A DNA stretch of 64,000 nt from an uncultured Anaerolineales bacterium (GTDB taxonomy: Bacteria; Chloroflexota; Anaerolineae; Anaerolineales; RBG-16-64-43), in assembly GCA_964521085.1 (NCBI GenBank), contig CAZFPL010000002.1, forward strand, positions 85,579 to 149,578, written 5' to 3'. The notes beneath the pieces are model-generated. The model had not been told where the DNA came from. It saw nothing but the letters and a program-made list of their open reading frames with translations, and searched no databases. How positions within the stretch are numbered: position 1 is the stretch's first letter; each line of letters begins with the position of its first letter. Positions 30,016-38,589 of this stretch are shown here, one piece after another. Made by a program: the position numbers and the translations under genes.

Positions 30016-31539
30016 CTATCGAACCCTCACCAGTTGCGCATCCCGCCGCCGCCGCATCCGGACATGCCATATGAAAATTCCAACCGCCGCCAATCCCACG
30101 ACCAGCAGGATCGGCACGATGCTGCTTAACTTCCACGCGATGAATCCCACCAGCGGGATCCAGACCAGCAGACCGAGCGCCCACCATCTCCGGCTGAACA
30201 CCAACCCTTCCGCCGCCAGAAGTAAAGCCATGGGCATCATCATATCCCGGTGGCGGGCTTCCCGCGGGACGAAAATCGAGACGATGAGGAAAATCGCCGC
30301 CGCAAAGAACACCAACGGCCAGGCATCCCCCTTGCTGCGGCGGACAGTCTGCAGGATTCCGAAAAGCGAGAATGGAATTAACAAATACCACATCCACATG
30401 CCCGGGTAAGCAATCATGTAGGTTTCGAATTTCGGTACATCGGGTAATGTCCCCGGCAAGAGCCAGGCATACGGTGCGAGTGCCGTGGAAAACATCGTTA
30501 AGGCCAAGTATCGGATGAACCCCACCGGATGGCTGAAGATCCAAACCAGGAATGTGTCGACGGATCTCGTATCGGGCACTTCGGTGATCTGACCCAACAT
30601 GGACTGGGAACCGAGCGTTACTGGATTAAGAGTATGGGCGGTAATCGACGGCCAAAGGATCAGAAGGGCGGCCGCCGCCGAACCAAGGACCAACAACCAA
30701 CGCCAGAGCCGACCACCCCTTAGGAAATCCACAAGGGGTAGAAGCACAGCGGAAAAGATCAGGACGGGAGGGATGTAATTGCGCAACTCCCCGGCGATCC
30801 GGAAGATCAGGATCAGCACCGCCGCCCATACGATTGCAGTGAGTATCCGGCCGCGGGATTTTTCCTGAAAGGCCAAGATGGACCAGAGGCGATAAATCCC
30901 CAGGAAGAACAGCAGGATGAGAAAAAGGAAAAGCGCATCCTTCAACGTCATCATTTCCCACAACCAGAAGCCGGTGTAAAACGCCGTCAACCAACCGGCC
31001 CATCGAGCCGTGACCGGGCCGAAGAGCATTGTTCCGATGCGGTACACCAGATACACCGACGATGCGCCGAGCACGGTGTTGATAGCAATCGCCGCCAAAG
31101 ACGAATGACCGATGATGAAATACAATCCGGCGAGCAGCCGCGGGTAAATATCATCCAGCACAAAATTCACCGGACCCACCCCGCCTATGGAAAGGCCGGG
31201 GGAATGCCATGCTTGAGCCAGGACCCAAGCCACCCGGTCGTAGCTGTTGGCATCGGAATACAGGCACCCTTCATTTTTCCCTACGGCTATTTGGAAGATG
31301 ACGGCAGCCAGCACGCGGATGCCAAGTGCTGCGAGGAATAACCGGATAACGAAGCGTCGTTCTTCAAACGGGGAATCAAAAAGCGCCAATCCAAGCGCGA
31401 TCCCGCCGATCACGAGAAGGGCCAAAACGGGCGCACCAAAATCTTCCCAGGGAAGGAAGGCAACTGCGAACGCCCCCGCCGCGGCGAGGAACAGGGAAAT
31501 CCAAAAAAATATCCGTGGCCGGAAATTAAGCGAATTCAT
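30016..31539 (-). CDS. Polytopic membrane protein; GT-C-like glycosyltransferase or polymerase/ligase candidate
   Basis: 507 aa, hydrophobic throughout. An early loop carries acidic residues (CLYSDANSYDRVAW). No family assigned confidently. Confidence 0.55.
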   Translation of the reverse strand: MNSLNFRPRIFFWISLFLAAAGAFAVAFLPWEDFGAPVLALLVIGGIALGLALFDSPFEERRFVIRLFLAALGIRVLAAVIFQIAVGKNEGCLYSDANSYDRVAWVLAQAWHSPGLSIGGVGPVNFVLDDIYPRLLAGLYFIIGHSSLAAIAINTVLGASSVYLVYRIGTMLFGPVTARWAGWLTAFYTGFWLWEMMTLKDALFLFLILLFFLGIYRLWSILAFQEKSRGRILTAIVWAAVLILIFRIAGELRNYIPPVLIFSAVLLPLVDFLRGGRLWRWLLVLGSAAAALLILWPSITAHTLNPVTLGSQSMLGQITEVPDTRSVDTFLVWIFSHPVGFIRYLALTMFSTALAPYAWLLPGTLPDVPKFETYMIAYPGMWMWYLLIPFSLFGILQTVRRSKGDAWPLVFFAAAIFLIVSIFVPREARHRDMMMPMALLLAAEGLVFSRRWWALGLLVWIPLVGFIAWKLSSIVPILLVVGLAAVGIFIWHVRMRRRRDAQLVRVR

Positions 31540-32672
31540 CGATTATGGCTGCCTGCGGAATGGCTTTGGGTAAGCACCTCTTGATATACAGAACGCATCC
31601 CGTCGATCATCCGCTCCAGAGTATACTCCCGCGCCCGGAGGGCACCTTCCCGCCCCATGGCAATCCGCATTTCCGGATCGCCCGCCAGGCGGATCATCGC
31701 ATCGGCCAATCGCTGCGGGTTGTCCCGGGGAACCAGAAGACCCGTTCGGTCCGGCTCGACCAAATCCCGGTTTCCGCCCACATCGGTGGCGATGCACGGC
31801 AATCCGCTGGCCATGGCTTCGAGCAGCGTATACGAGAAGCTCTCGAAGTCGGAGGGCAGCACAAAGACATCGGCGGTGTGCATGACCTCGCGGGCTTTCC
31901 CGCGCATGAGCAGCCCGAGCAGGTCGAGGTGTTTTCTCCAGCCGCCGGTCTCCGCCGTGCGGAGCAGGTCCTCCCGTTTCGGCCCCTCGCCCACGATTTG
32001 AAGACGCGCCCCGGGAATCGTTCCGGCAACAATCCCAAACGCGGCCGCCAGATTCTCGATCCCTTTTTCGCGCGCCACCCGGCCGACAAACAGGAAGTGG
32101 ATTTCCGTCTCCGGCCGCAGGATGTGCTGGGCCGGCGAAAACCATTCGGGCTCCAATCCATTCGGGACCCATCCGGCTTTTTCCGTCGTTACCAGACGGC
32201 CATCCAGATAAATTTGCCGGATCGTCCTTGAAACGAAGATGACCTTTTCGCTCGCGAGTCGGTTTAGCTGCCGTTCCGCCTGTCGGTACGCCAGGACCAC
32301 GAGCGGATTCCGGGGGAGGAAAAACGACGGCGTGTGAACCGTGTGGACCGCGGGTAGCCCCGCCAGGCGGGCGGCCATGCGTCCGAGCAACCCGCCGCGG
32401 GTGTCGTGCGTGTGCACCAGGTCGATCCGGTGCGCGCGGAATTCCTTCCGCAGGCGAAGCAGGGTTATCGGGTTGAGTTTGCCGGAGGCCGGAAGCGGAA
32501 TGCATTTCACCCCCACACCGCCGGCAAGGGAAAGAAACGGCTCCGCGAGCGTCCCGATCACGGTGAATTCGTATTCCCGGCCGAGGCCGTGGAATATTTG
32601 CAGCAAATGGGTTTCTATGCCGCCGGTTGCCAGGGGAGAGAGCGAAACCATCGCCACCCGGAGCCTGTTCAT
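31536..32672 (-). CDS. GT4 family glycosyltransferase
   Basis: 378 aa. GGIETH near the N-terminus. FESFSYTLLEAMASGLPCIATDVGG is the E-x7-E region. ATGA overlaps at both ends. Confidence 0.85.
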   Translation of the reverse strand: MNRLRVAMVSLSPLATGGIETHLLQIFHGLGREYEFTVIGTLAEPFLSLAGGVGVKCIPLPASGKLNPITLLRLRKEFRAHRIDLVHTHDTRGGLLGRMAARLAGLPAVHTVHTPSFFLPRNPLVVLAYRQAERQLNRLASEKVIFVSRTIRQIYLDGRLVTTEKAGWVPNGLEPEWFSPAQHILRPETEIHFLFVGRVAREKGIENLAAAFGIVAGTIPGARLQIVGEGPKREDLLRTAETGGWRKHLDLLGLLMRGKAREVMHTADVFVLPSDFESFSYTLLEAMASGLPCIATDVGGNRDLVEPDRTGLLVPRDNPQRLADAMIRLAGDPEMRIAMGREGALRAREYTLERMIDGMRSVYQEVLTQSHSAGSHNR

Positions 32673-33802
32673 CGTCCTCCCTCCACCGCCCGCTCGAATG
32701 CGCGCCCGAACGCATCGGCCATGCGTTCGATGGTGAACTCTTCGCAGCGCGCGCGGGCCCGGTTGCCGCAGGCGCGCGCCGTTTCGGGGGATTGGAGGAA
32801 TTCGGAGATCGCACCGGCTAGTGCGCGCGCATCCCCCTGCTTCACCACCCTTCCGGTATCGCCGTCGCGGATCAAATCCCCCGCCGCGCCCACGCCGTCG
32901 GTGGTGACGATCGCCAACCCGGCGGAAGCTGCTTCATTCAAGACCAGCCCCCACGGCTCCGCGATCCGCCCTCTGCGCGAGGGCAGAACGAACACGCCGG
33001 CCAGCGAGTACAGAAGATCCTTCTCATTTTCACCGCGCACTTCCGCTCCGGTGACGAGAATATCTTTCAGGCCAAGCCGCTCCACCCGGCGGCGGAGGGC
33101 GCCGAGCTCCGGTCCATCCCCTGCAATTAAAAGGAACGACGGTATGTCGCCGCGCAGGATGGAAAACGCCTCGACCAAAACCCCCGGTGCTTTGAAGGAA
33201 AGCAGCCGGCCCAGGAAAAGGATGACCGGTTTGGTGCCGATCTGCCACTCGTGCCGGGTTTGTTCGAGGTCGGCGGCGGCGGCCGGGGTGAATTGGTAGG
33301 GGCTGGCGTTGCCGGTGACCAATATACGTTCGGGATCGACGCCCATCGAGACCAGGCGTTCCTGCACGCGGGTGCCATACGCCAGGCAGCATGCCGCACC
33401 GCGCACAAGGGACCGTTCGAGGAGGAAGGTCAGGGCCCGGCGTGGATGACGCGCCGTATACCATTCGCCGCTGAACACGACATACGGGCGGCGGATGCGG
33501 CGCGCAACCCAGCCCGCGGCAAGCGCCGAGAAATAGGAGGGTTCCGGGCAGAGTACCACGTCGAACTGTTCCTGCCGGTGCGCATCGAGGATCTTCCCGG
33601 CCAACGACGGGGCAACCACGAAATCCGACATTTCCGGGATGCGGTACCCGCGGACGGTGACGGAACGCGGTGGAAGCGCGGCTTTCTCCTCATTGAGGAA
33701 GAAGCAGCGCAGATCAAAGCGGTCCGCCAGCCGGTTGAACAGCGGCCGCCGGTACGCCGGATAGGAATCGTGCACGAAGGCCACCCGGATTCGCGCGCTC
33801 AT
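32669..33802 (-). CDS. GT4 family glycosyltransferase
   Basis: True start is ATG 33802 (MSARIRVAFV), forming an ATGA overlap with the upstream stop. The 577-aa track ORF is an Arg/Gly-rich extension across the neighbouring gene. C-terminal EPWGLVLNEAASAGLAIV. Confidence 0.8.
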   Translation of the reverse strand: MSARIRVAFVHDSYPAYRRPLFNRLADRFDLRCFFLNEEKAALPPRSVTVRGYRIPEMSDFVVAPSLAGKILDAHRQEQFDVVLCPEPSYFSALAAGWVARRIRRPYVVFSGEWYTARHPRRALTFLLERSLVRGAACCLAYGTRVQERLVSMGVDPERILVTGNASPYQFTPAAAADLEQTRHEWQIGTKPVILFLGRLLSFKAPGVLVEAFSILRGDIPSFLLIAGDGPELGALRRRVERLGLKDILVTGAEVRGENEKDLLYSLAGVFVLPSRRGRIAEPWGLVLNEAASAGLAIVTTDGVGAAGDLIRDGDTGRVVKQGDARALAGAISEFLQSPETARACGNRARARCEEFTIERMADAFGRAFERAVEGGR

Positions 33803-34941
33803 CGGCGTCCGATCAACTCCTCGTACAACGATTCGTACTTGCGGGTGGTCAAGCGGGTGGAGTATTGGCCTTCGACGAGTGAGCGGGCCGCGCGGCCCAT
33901 CGCCACGCGCTTTTCCGGCGGCGTGGCGATCGCCCGGCGCAGGCACCCGACGAGCGCCAGCACATCGCCGGCGGGAAATTCCCACCCGGTTTCCCCCTCC
34001 ACGACAATCCGCTCTGCGTTGGCGGCGTCGGAAACGATCACCGGTTTCCCGCAGGCCATCGCTTCGAGAACCGAATTGGGAAATCCCTCGAAACGCGAGG
34101 ACAGGATCAGCCAGTCGAGCGCGGCATAGGCGCGTTCGACTTCCGCCATCACGCCCATCGGAAGAACGGTGCCTTCCAATCCGAATTCCCGGATCCGGTC
34201 GTCCACTTCCTTGCGGGCGTCGGCGAAGGTCGTACCGCCGATCAGGATCAGTTTGGCGAATGCGGGCCAATACCCGGAATTCTCCATCTGTGCGACGGCG
34301 GTGAGCAGGGTCGCATGATCCTTCACCGGTGAATAACGGGCGATCATTCCGAAAACCAGGTCGGAGGGTGATAAACCGAACTCCGCGCGCGGCGCGCGCC
34401 AATCCATCCCGGGATGGAAGCGCTCAAGATCGACCCCGTTGGGGATGACGACCAGCCGCGAAGCGGGAATGTGCAGCAGGGTTTCCGCCTCGCGCGCCGC
34501 CGCCTTGGAATTCGAAACGATACGCACACTCAAGCGCCAGAGAATCCGCTCGGTCCACTGCCACGGCGCGCTCCAAAATCCGCCGATACGCGTTCGCAGG
34601 GAGGTGACGATCCGGCGGTGGAATGCGAGCCCGCCGGCTATCCGGGCGTATAAATCGGCGTGGCGCAGGAACGATTGCACGACGACCGGACGCTCGCGGA
34701 GGATCAAACGCCACAGGCGGATAAGCGCCACCAGATTCCCGGGGATGCCAAGCGGCTTGCGCAGGCTGATCAGACGGGCATCGCCGATGGAAATTTCCAC
34801 CGGGACGCGGTCGAGCCCGTACATCACGACCACAACCGGGTCAAACCGATCGCGGTCCAGATGCCGTACCAGTTCGGCCGCCTGGCGTTCCGTTCCGCCC
34901 GAAGCCAGCGTGGGAAGCAGGTAGAGGATCTTCTCTCTCAA
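33799..34941 (-). CDS. GT4 family glycosyltransferase
   Basis: 380 aa. SGGTERQ N-terminal motif and FEGFPNSVLEAMACGKPVIVSD. TTG start overlaps the upstream stop (TTGA). Confidence 0.85.
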   Translation of the reverse strand: MREKILYLLPTLASGGTERQAAELVRHLDRDRFDPVVVVMYGLDRVPVEISIGDARLISLRKPLGIPGNLVALIRLWRLILRERPVVVQSFLRHADLYARIAGGLAFHRRIVTSLRTRIGGFWSAPWQWTERILWRLSVRIVSNSKAAAREAETLLHIPASRLVVIPNGVDLERFHPGMDWRAPRAEFGLSPSDLVFGMIARYSPVKDHATLLTAVAQMENSGYWPAFAKLILIGGTTFADARKEVDDRIREFGLEGTVLPMGVMAEVERAYAALDWLILSSRFEGFPNSVLEAMACGKPVIVSDAANAERIVVEGETGWEFPAGDVLALVGCLRRAIATPPEKRVAMGRAARSLVEGQYSTRLTTRKYESLYEELIGRR

Positions 34942-36071
34942 CGGGATATCACCTCGAGGATTTTACGGGTCCGTTCCTCCCAGGTAAATGACTTCACGTC
35001 CTCCCCCGCGCGGCGGGAAATGGACCCGGCGAGCGTTCTGTCCTCCAAAGCGCGCCGCAATCCACGGGCGATTTCCTCCGCGCTGTCGGGCGCCACGAGC
35101 AGCGCGTTTTCGCCGTCGCGCAGCACTTCGCGCACGGCCGGGAAATCGGTGGCCAGAATGGGACGCTCCGCCGCCATGTATTCGAACATCTTCAACGGCG
35201 ACATGGCGCGCACCGTCGCGGTGCGTGAAGTATAGGGCATGATCAGAACATCCGCCGCCCGGAGATAGAGCGGGATTCTTCCGTTTGGGACGGTCCCCTC
35301 GAAGCGCACCCGGTCAATCACACCGCAATCGGCGGCGAAGGCGCGGATGCGTTCGATGTCCTCGGGATTGCCGCCGACCAGAAGGAGCAGGACATCCGGA
35401 AACGATTTCACCGCTTCGACCGTTTCTTCGATTCCGCGGCCCGGATACAGATGCCCTGCGTGGCAGGCGATTCGCGCCGCGGCGGGCAGACTCAATTGGG
35501 CGCGGGCGTCCCCCTTATCAACAGCCGGCGTAAACCGCTGCAGATCCACCCCGTCCGGAGCCCAATGCAGGAGCTCGCGGCGCGCGCCGGCGGCGGCGTA
35601 ATCCTCGATCAGGGATTTCGAGATGCAGAAGATTCCCCGCAATGCGGGTGACAGGGAAGTGTCGCTCACCAGTTTCTGCCAAACGGGATAGCGCCGGTCT
35701 TCCTCGAGGTAATGGGCTTCGAATCCCACCCGGGCGCCGGCGCGCGCCAGCCAATAAGCGGACCACGGCTCGCGCGAATGAACGTACCGGCTGCGCCGCG
35801 TACGCGCATACAACGCCGCTGCGAGTGCGTACCCGCGCACCGCGAAACGTTCCCCCCAGTGCGGAAAAGGCACCCAGGTCACCTCGAAGGCGCGCGCCAG
35901 GGCGAACCGCTCGCGGAGGGAATCCTTTTGCAGTGCATCCTCCGGGTAGTACGGCGCAATCAACTCCACCGGCAAATGCGCGGCGAATCCGGAACACATT
36001 TTCAGCGTCTGCACGCAATTGGCCCGGTTGGAGGGAATGCGCGAGCGGGCGATGAACATCAATTTATCCAT
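34938..36071 (-). CDS. GT4 family glycosyltransferase (paralog of 36064..37245)
   Basis: Start at ATG 36071 (MDKLMFIARS); the longer track ORF overlaps the neighbouring gene. SPLKMFEYMAAERPILATD motif is shared with the next gene. Confidence 0.8.
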   Translation of the reverse strand: MDKLMFIARSRIPSNRANCVQTLKMCSGFAAHLPVELIAPYYPEDALQKDSLRERFALARAFEVTWVPFPHWGERFAVRGYALAAALYARTRRSRYVHSREPWSAYWLARAGARVGFEAHYLEEDRRYPVWQKLVSDTSLSPALRGIFCISKSLIEDYAAAGARRELLHWAPDGVDLQRFTPAVDKGDARAQLSLPAAARIACHAGHLYPGRGIEETVEAVKSFPDVLLLLVGGNPEDIERIRAFAADCGVIDRVRFEGTVPNGRIPLYLRAADVLIMPYTSRTATVRAMSPLKMFEYMAAERPILATDFPAVREVLRDGENALLVAPDSAEEIARGLRRALEDRTLAGSISRRAGEDVKSFTWEERTRKILEVISR

Positions 36072-37245
36072 GGCTGCCTGCGGTGAAATCCAGAATTTGC
36101 TTAACGCGGTTCCGCCAGGTGCAGGACCGGACGTCCGCCCGAGCCCGGGCGGCGATCCGCTTTCTGCGGTCCGCATTCTTGCGGATTTTCGCAAGAGCAT
36201 CCGCCCACGCAACGGGATTGTCGGGCGGAAGCAGGATGCTGTTGTTTTCATTAAGCATCACTCGCAGCGCGGGAAGATCGCTGGAAAAGATAACCCGTCC
36301 GGCTGCCATGTATTCATACAGCTTCATCGGGCTCATGATCTCAGCGGTGTTGCCCCTGCCTCGGATCGTCACTTCCCGCTGATACGGCATGAGCAGGACA
36401 TCGCATGCCGCCTGGTAAAGCGGGATTTCGGCATTCGGGATATGTCCCTGCCAATGCATGTTCTGCGATGCCGCTGTCCGCGCCTTCCAAACCTCAACCT
36501 CTTCGGGATATCCCCCCAGCATGAGAAAACCCACCGCGGGAAACCGCTGCGCCAACTCACAAATGAGTTCCACACCCCGGCCGGCCACCAGGCTGCCGAA
36601 GTATCCCGCGGTGAATCGTCCGGCCGGCAGTTTCAAACGCGTGCGCGCGCGGCTCGGTGCGGGGAGGTTGCGATATTGATCCCCGTCCACCGCGTCGGGC
36701 ACGACGAGAAGATCGCGACTGCGGAGCGCGGGATACGCCCGGCGAAGTTTTTCTTCCAGCGCGCGGCTGATGACCGCCAGTTGGAGGTTGCGCCTTCCAA
36801 GAATCTGCCGGAAATATAACGGGCCGATCCGGCCGGTGGGCTCGTGATGCACCTCGAGCAGGACGGGAAACCCGTGCTGCGCGACCGCCCAGGCAATATC
36901 GATTCCGCGCGTATAGACCAGATCCGGGACGATACGCGCGGCTTCGTCCGCTTCGGCCCATGCCAACCCGCGGCGTCCCAAGAGCGGAAGCAATTTGACG
37001 CGATGGATGGGAAAAGAGACGGTCAGGCCATATTGCCGGATTACATCCTTGGGGAGAGGGATGCCGCCGGTGACCGGCGCGGGAAGTTTTACGCCGGCCT
37101 CATCCGATTGTGCTTCCTCCGCGGGCGGAAGGATCAAATGAACCACATGGCCTTCCTGGGCGAAAGCCTGGCACATCTTCATCACCTGGAGGCTGTTGGC
37201 GGATGCGGAGGGCACGGTGGCGGAACTTAGATAGGCAATCCTCAT
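36064..37245 (-). CDS. GT4 family glycosyltransferase
   Basis: 393 aa. The MRIAYLSS N-terminus and SPMKLYEYMAAGRVIFSSD motif. ATGA overlap upstream and an 8-nt overlap downstream. Confidence 0.85.
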   Translation of the reverse strand: MRIAYLSSATVPSASANSLQVMKMCQAFAQEGHVVHLILPPAEEAQSDEAGVKLPAPVTGGIPLPKDVIRQYGLTVSFPIHRVKLLPLLGRRGLAWAEADEAARIVPDLVYTRGIDIAWAVAQHGFPVLLEVHHEPTGRIGPLYFRQILGRRNLQLAVISRALEEKLRRAYPALRSRDLLVVPDAVDGDQYRNLPAPSRARTRLKLPAGRFTAGYFGSLVAGRGVELICELAQRFPAVGFLMLGGYPEEVEVWKARTAASQNMHWQGHIPNAEIPLYQAACDVLLMPYQREVTIRGRGNTAEIMSPMKLYEYMAAGRVIFSSDLPALRVMLNENNSILLPPDNPVAWADALAKIRKNADRRKRIAARARADVRSCTWRNRVKQILDFTAGSHG

Positions 37246-38414
37246 GGTGTCCCCGTTACCAAATGGTAGATATCCAACTGCTCGCCGGCGAAGCGTTCCC
37301 AGGTCAGGGCTTCGGCGCGGGCACGGCCGGCCAATCCCATTGTACGCGAGAGGCCTGGATTTTCCGCCAGCGTGATCATCGCCCGGGCGATTCCTTCCAC
37401 GTCCTCGGGAGGCAGGAGGTATCCCGTCTCGCCGTCCACGATTGCATCCGGGATTCCGCCGCTGCGGGTGCCGATGACCGGCAACCCGTACGCTCCGGCT
37501 TCCAGGAAGACAAAGACAAAACCCTCGAAATGATCGCCCTCATCCTGGGAAGTCATCGCCAGCATATCCGCCGAGCGGTAATGGGGATCCAGCTGCTCCC
37601 AGGTCAGCGCACCCAGGAACTCGATGTTGCGGATCCCTTCGCGGCGGATAAGATCCTGCAACTCCCGGTGGTAGCGGTTCCCGATCCCGCCCCCGGCCAG
37701 AAGGAAACGGGCGCCGGGAAACCGCTTCTGCAATCTTCCAAAGGCCTGCAGGCAGATGTGATACCCCTTGCGCGGCTTGATACCCCCGACCGATATCACC
37801 ACGGGGTCCGAGGAAAATTTTTTCTGTTCCACGAATTCGCGGGGGACGCGGGCGGCAAAATCGGATCCCTGGAGAACGACCCGGACTGGCGCACCGGCGA
37901 GCGCATCGGTGAATCGCACCTTCATTTTTTCGGCGGTTCCGCTGGACATCGGGCAGATGCAGGCCGCCCGCCGGATGACCCCGGCGCAAAGCCGCGCTGG
38001 AATCCGCCAGCGATGCCAGATCACGCCATATGTTCCGAAGGTCGTGACGATATGCGGAACCCGCTCGCGCCGGGCGAGGATATCCCCGATCCAACCGGTG
38101 GGAAAAAGTTCCAGCGAATGGACGATACGCACCCCGAGGTTCGGGAACTTGCGCAGCGCAAGGAGTGTGGGCAGCATGTGCGCATACGTGCGGAGGGAGC
38201 CGGCTACATTCGGTTGAATCTCCGGAAGCGTGTGCATTTCAGCATCCGGGAACAATTCGCGCGCCGATTCCCGATCCGCCCGGGAAACGATCAGCACCGG
38301 CTCCACGCGGGACTCGAGCGAACGCAGAATACCGAGGGTCGCCGTCGGCCAGCCGCCCCGCCCTCTGAGGAGCGGGATGATGAAAGCGATCCGGATGCGG
38401 GAAGACATGCTCAA
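37242..38414 (-). CDS. GT4 family glycosyltransferase (paralog B1)
   Basis: 390 aa. FEGFVFVFLEAGAYGLPVIGTRSGGIPD motif. Collinear similarity to 38590..39783. The start may be TTG 38414 or ATG 38408. Confidence 0.8.
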   Translation of the reverse strand: MSMSSRIRIAFIIPLLRGRGGWPTATLGILRSLESRVEPVLIVSRADRESARELFPDAEMHTLPEIQPNVAGSLRTYAHMLPTLLALRKFPNLGVRIVHSLELFPTGWIGDILARRERVPHIVTTFGTYGVIWHRWRIPARLCAGVIRRAACICPMSSGTAEKMKVRFTDALAGAPVRVVLQGSDFAARVPREFVEQKKFSSDPVVISVGGIKPRKGYHICLQAFGRLQKRFPGARFLLAGGGIGNRYHRELQDLIRREGIRNIEFLGALTWEQLDPHYRSADMLAMTSQDEGDHFEGFVFVFLEAGAYGLPVIGTRSGGIPDAIVDGETGYLLPPEDVEGIARAMITLAENPGLSRTMGLAGRARAEALTWERFAGEQLDIYHLVTGTP

Positions 38415-38432
38415 TGTGAGATCCTATCTTTC

Positions 38433-38574
38433 TGCGTCATTCCGAGCCCCGAAATACGGGGCGAGGAATCGGTAACTAAAGGAAAGAATGGTTTATCCAT
38501 TTGATGCGACACCGATTCCTTCCCTCGCTATGCTCGGGACAGGCGCCCTGCTTTGCAGGGCTCGGAATGACACA
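38433..38574. repeat. Nested inverted-repeat element (MITE/REP-like)
   Basis: Outer arms tgcgtcattccgagcc (38433-48) and ggctcggaatgacaca (38559-74) match 15 of 16. Inner arms are gcgaggaatcggt (38461-73) and accgattcct..tcgc (38511-28). Each half contains its own small hairpin (ccccgaaatacgggg; gccctgctttgcagggc). Confidence 0.7.
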
Positions 38575-38589
38575 TTCGCGAATGATCCC

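Noticed and set aside
31543-32814. 423-aa minus-strand ORF in an alternative frame, spanning two GT4 genes
   Set aside because: Its composition is dominated by Arg, Pro, Gly and Ala, with no motifs. It is fully nested in frames that encode convincing GT4 proteins. This is the typical open-frame artefact of GC-rich DNA.
32669-34402. N-terminal extensions of track ORFs. Examples: the 577-aa form of 32669..33802, 34938..36251, 57807..58757, 59626..60741, 4525..5511, 9173..9994 and 41531..42628.
   Set aside because: The extensions overlap the upstream gene in another frame and are low-complexity. Each has an internal start that coincides with the upstream stop (ATGA-type overlap), a good SD, or a promoter located inside the extension.
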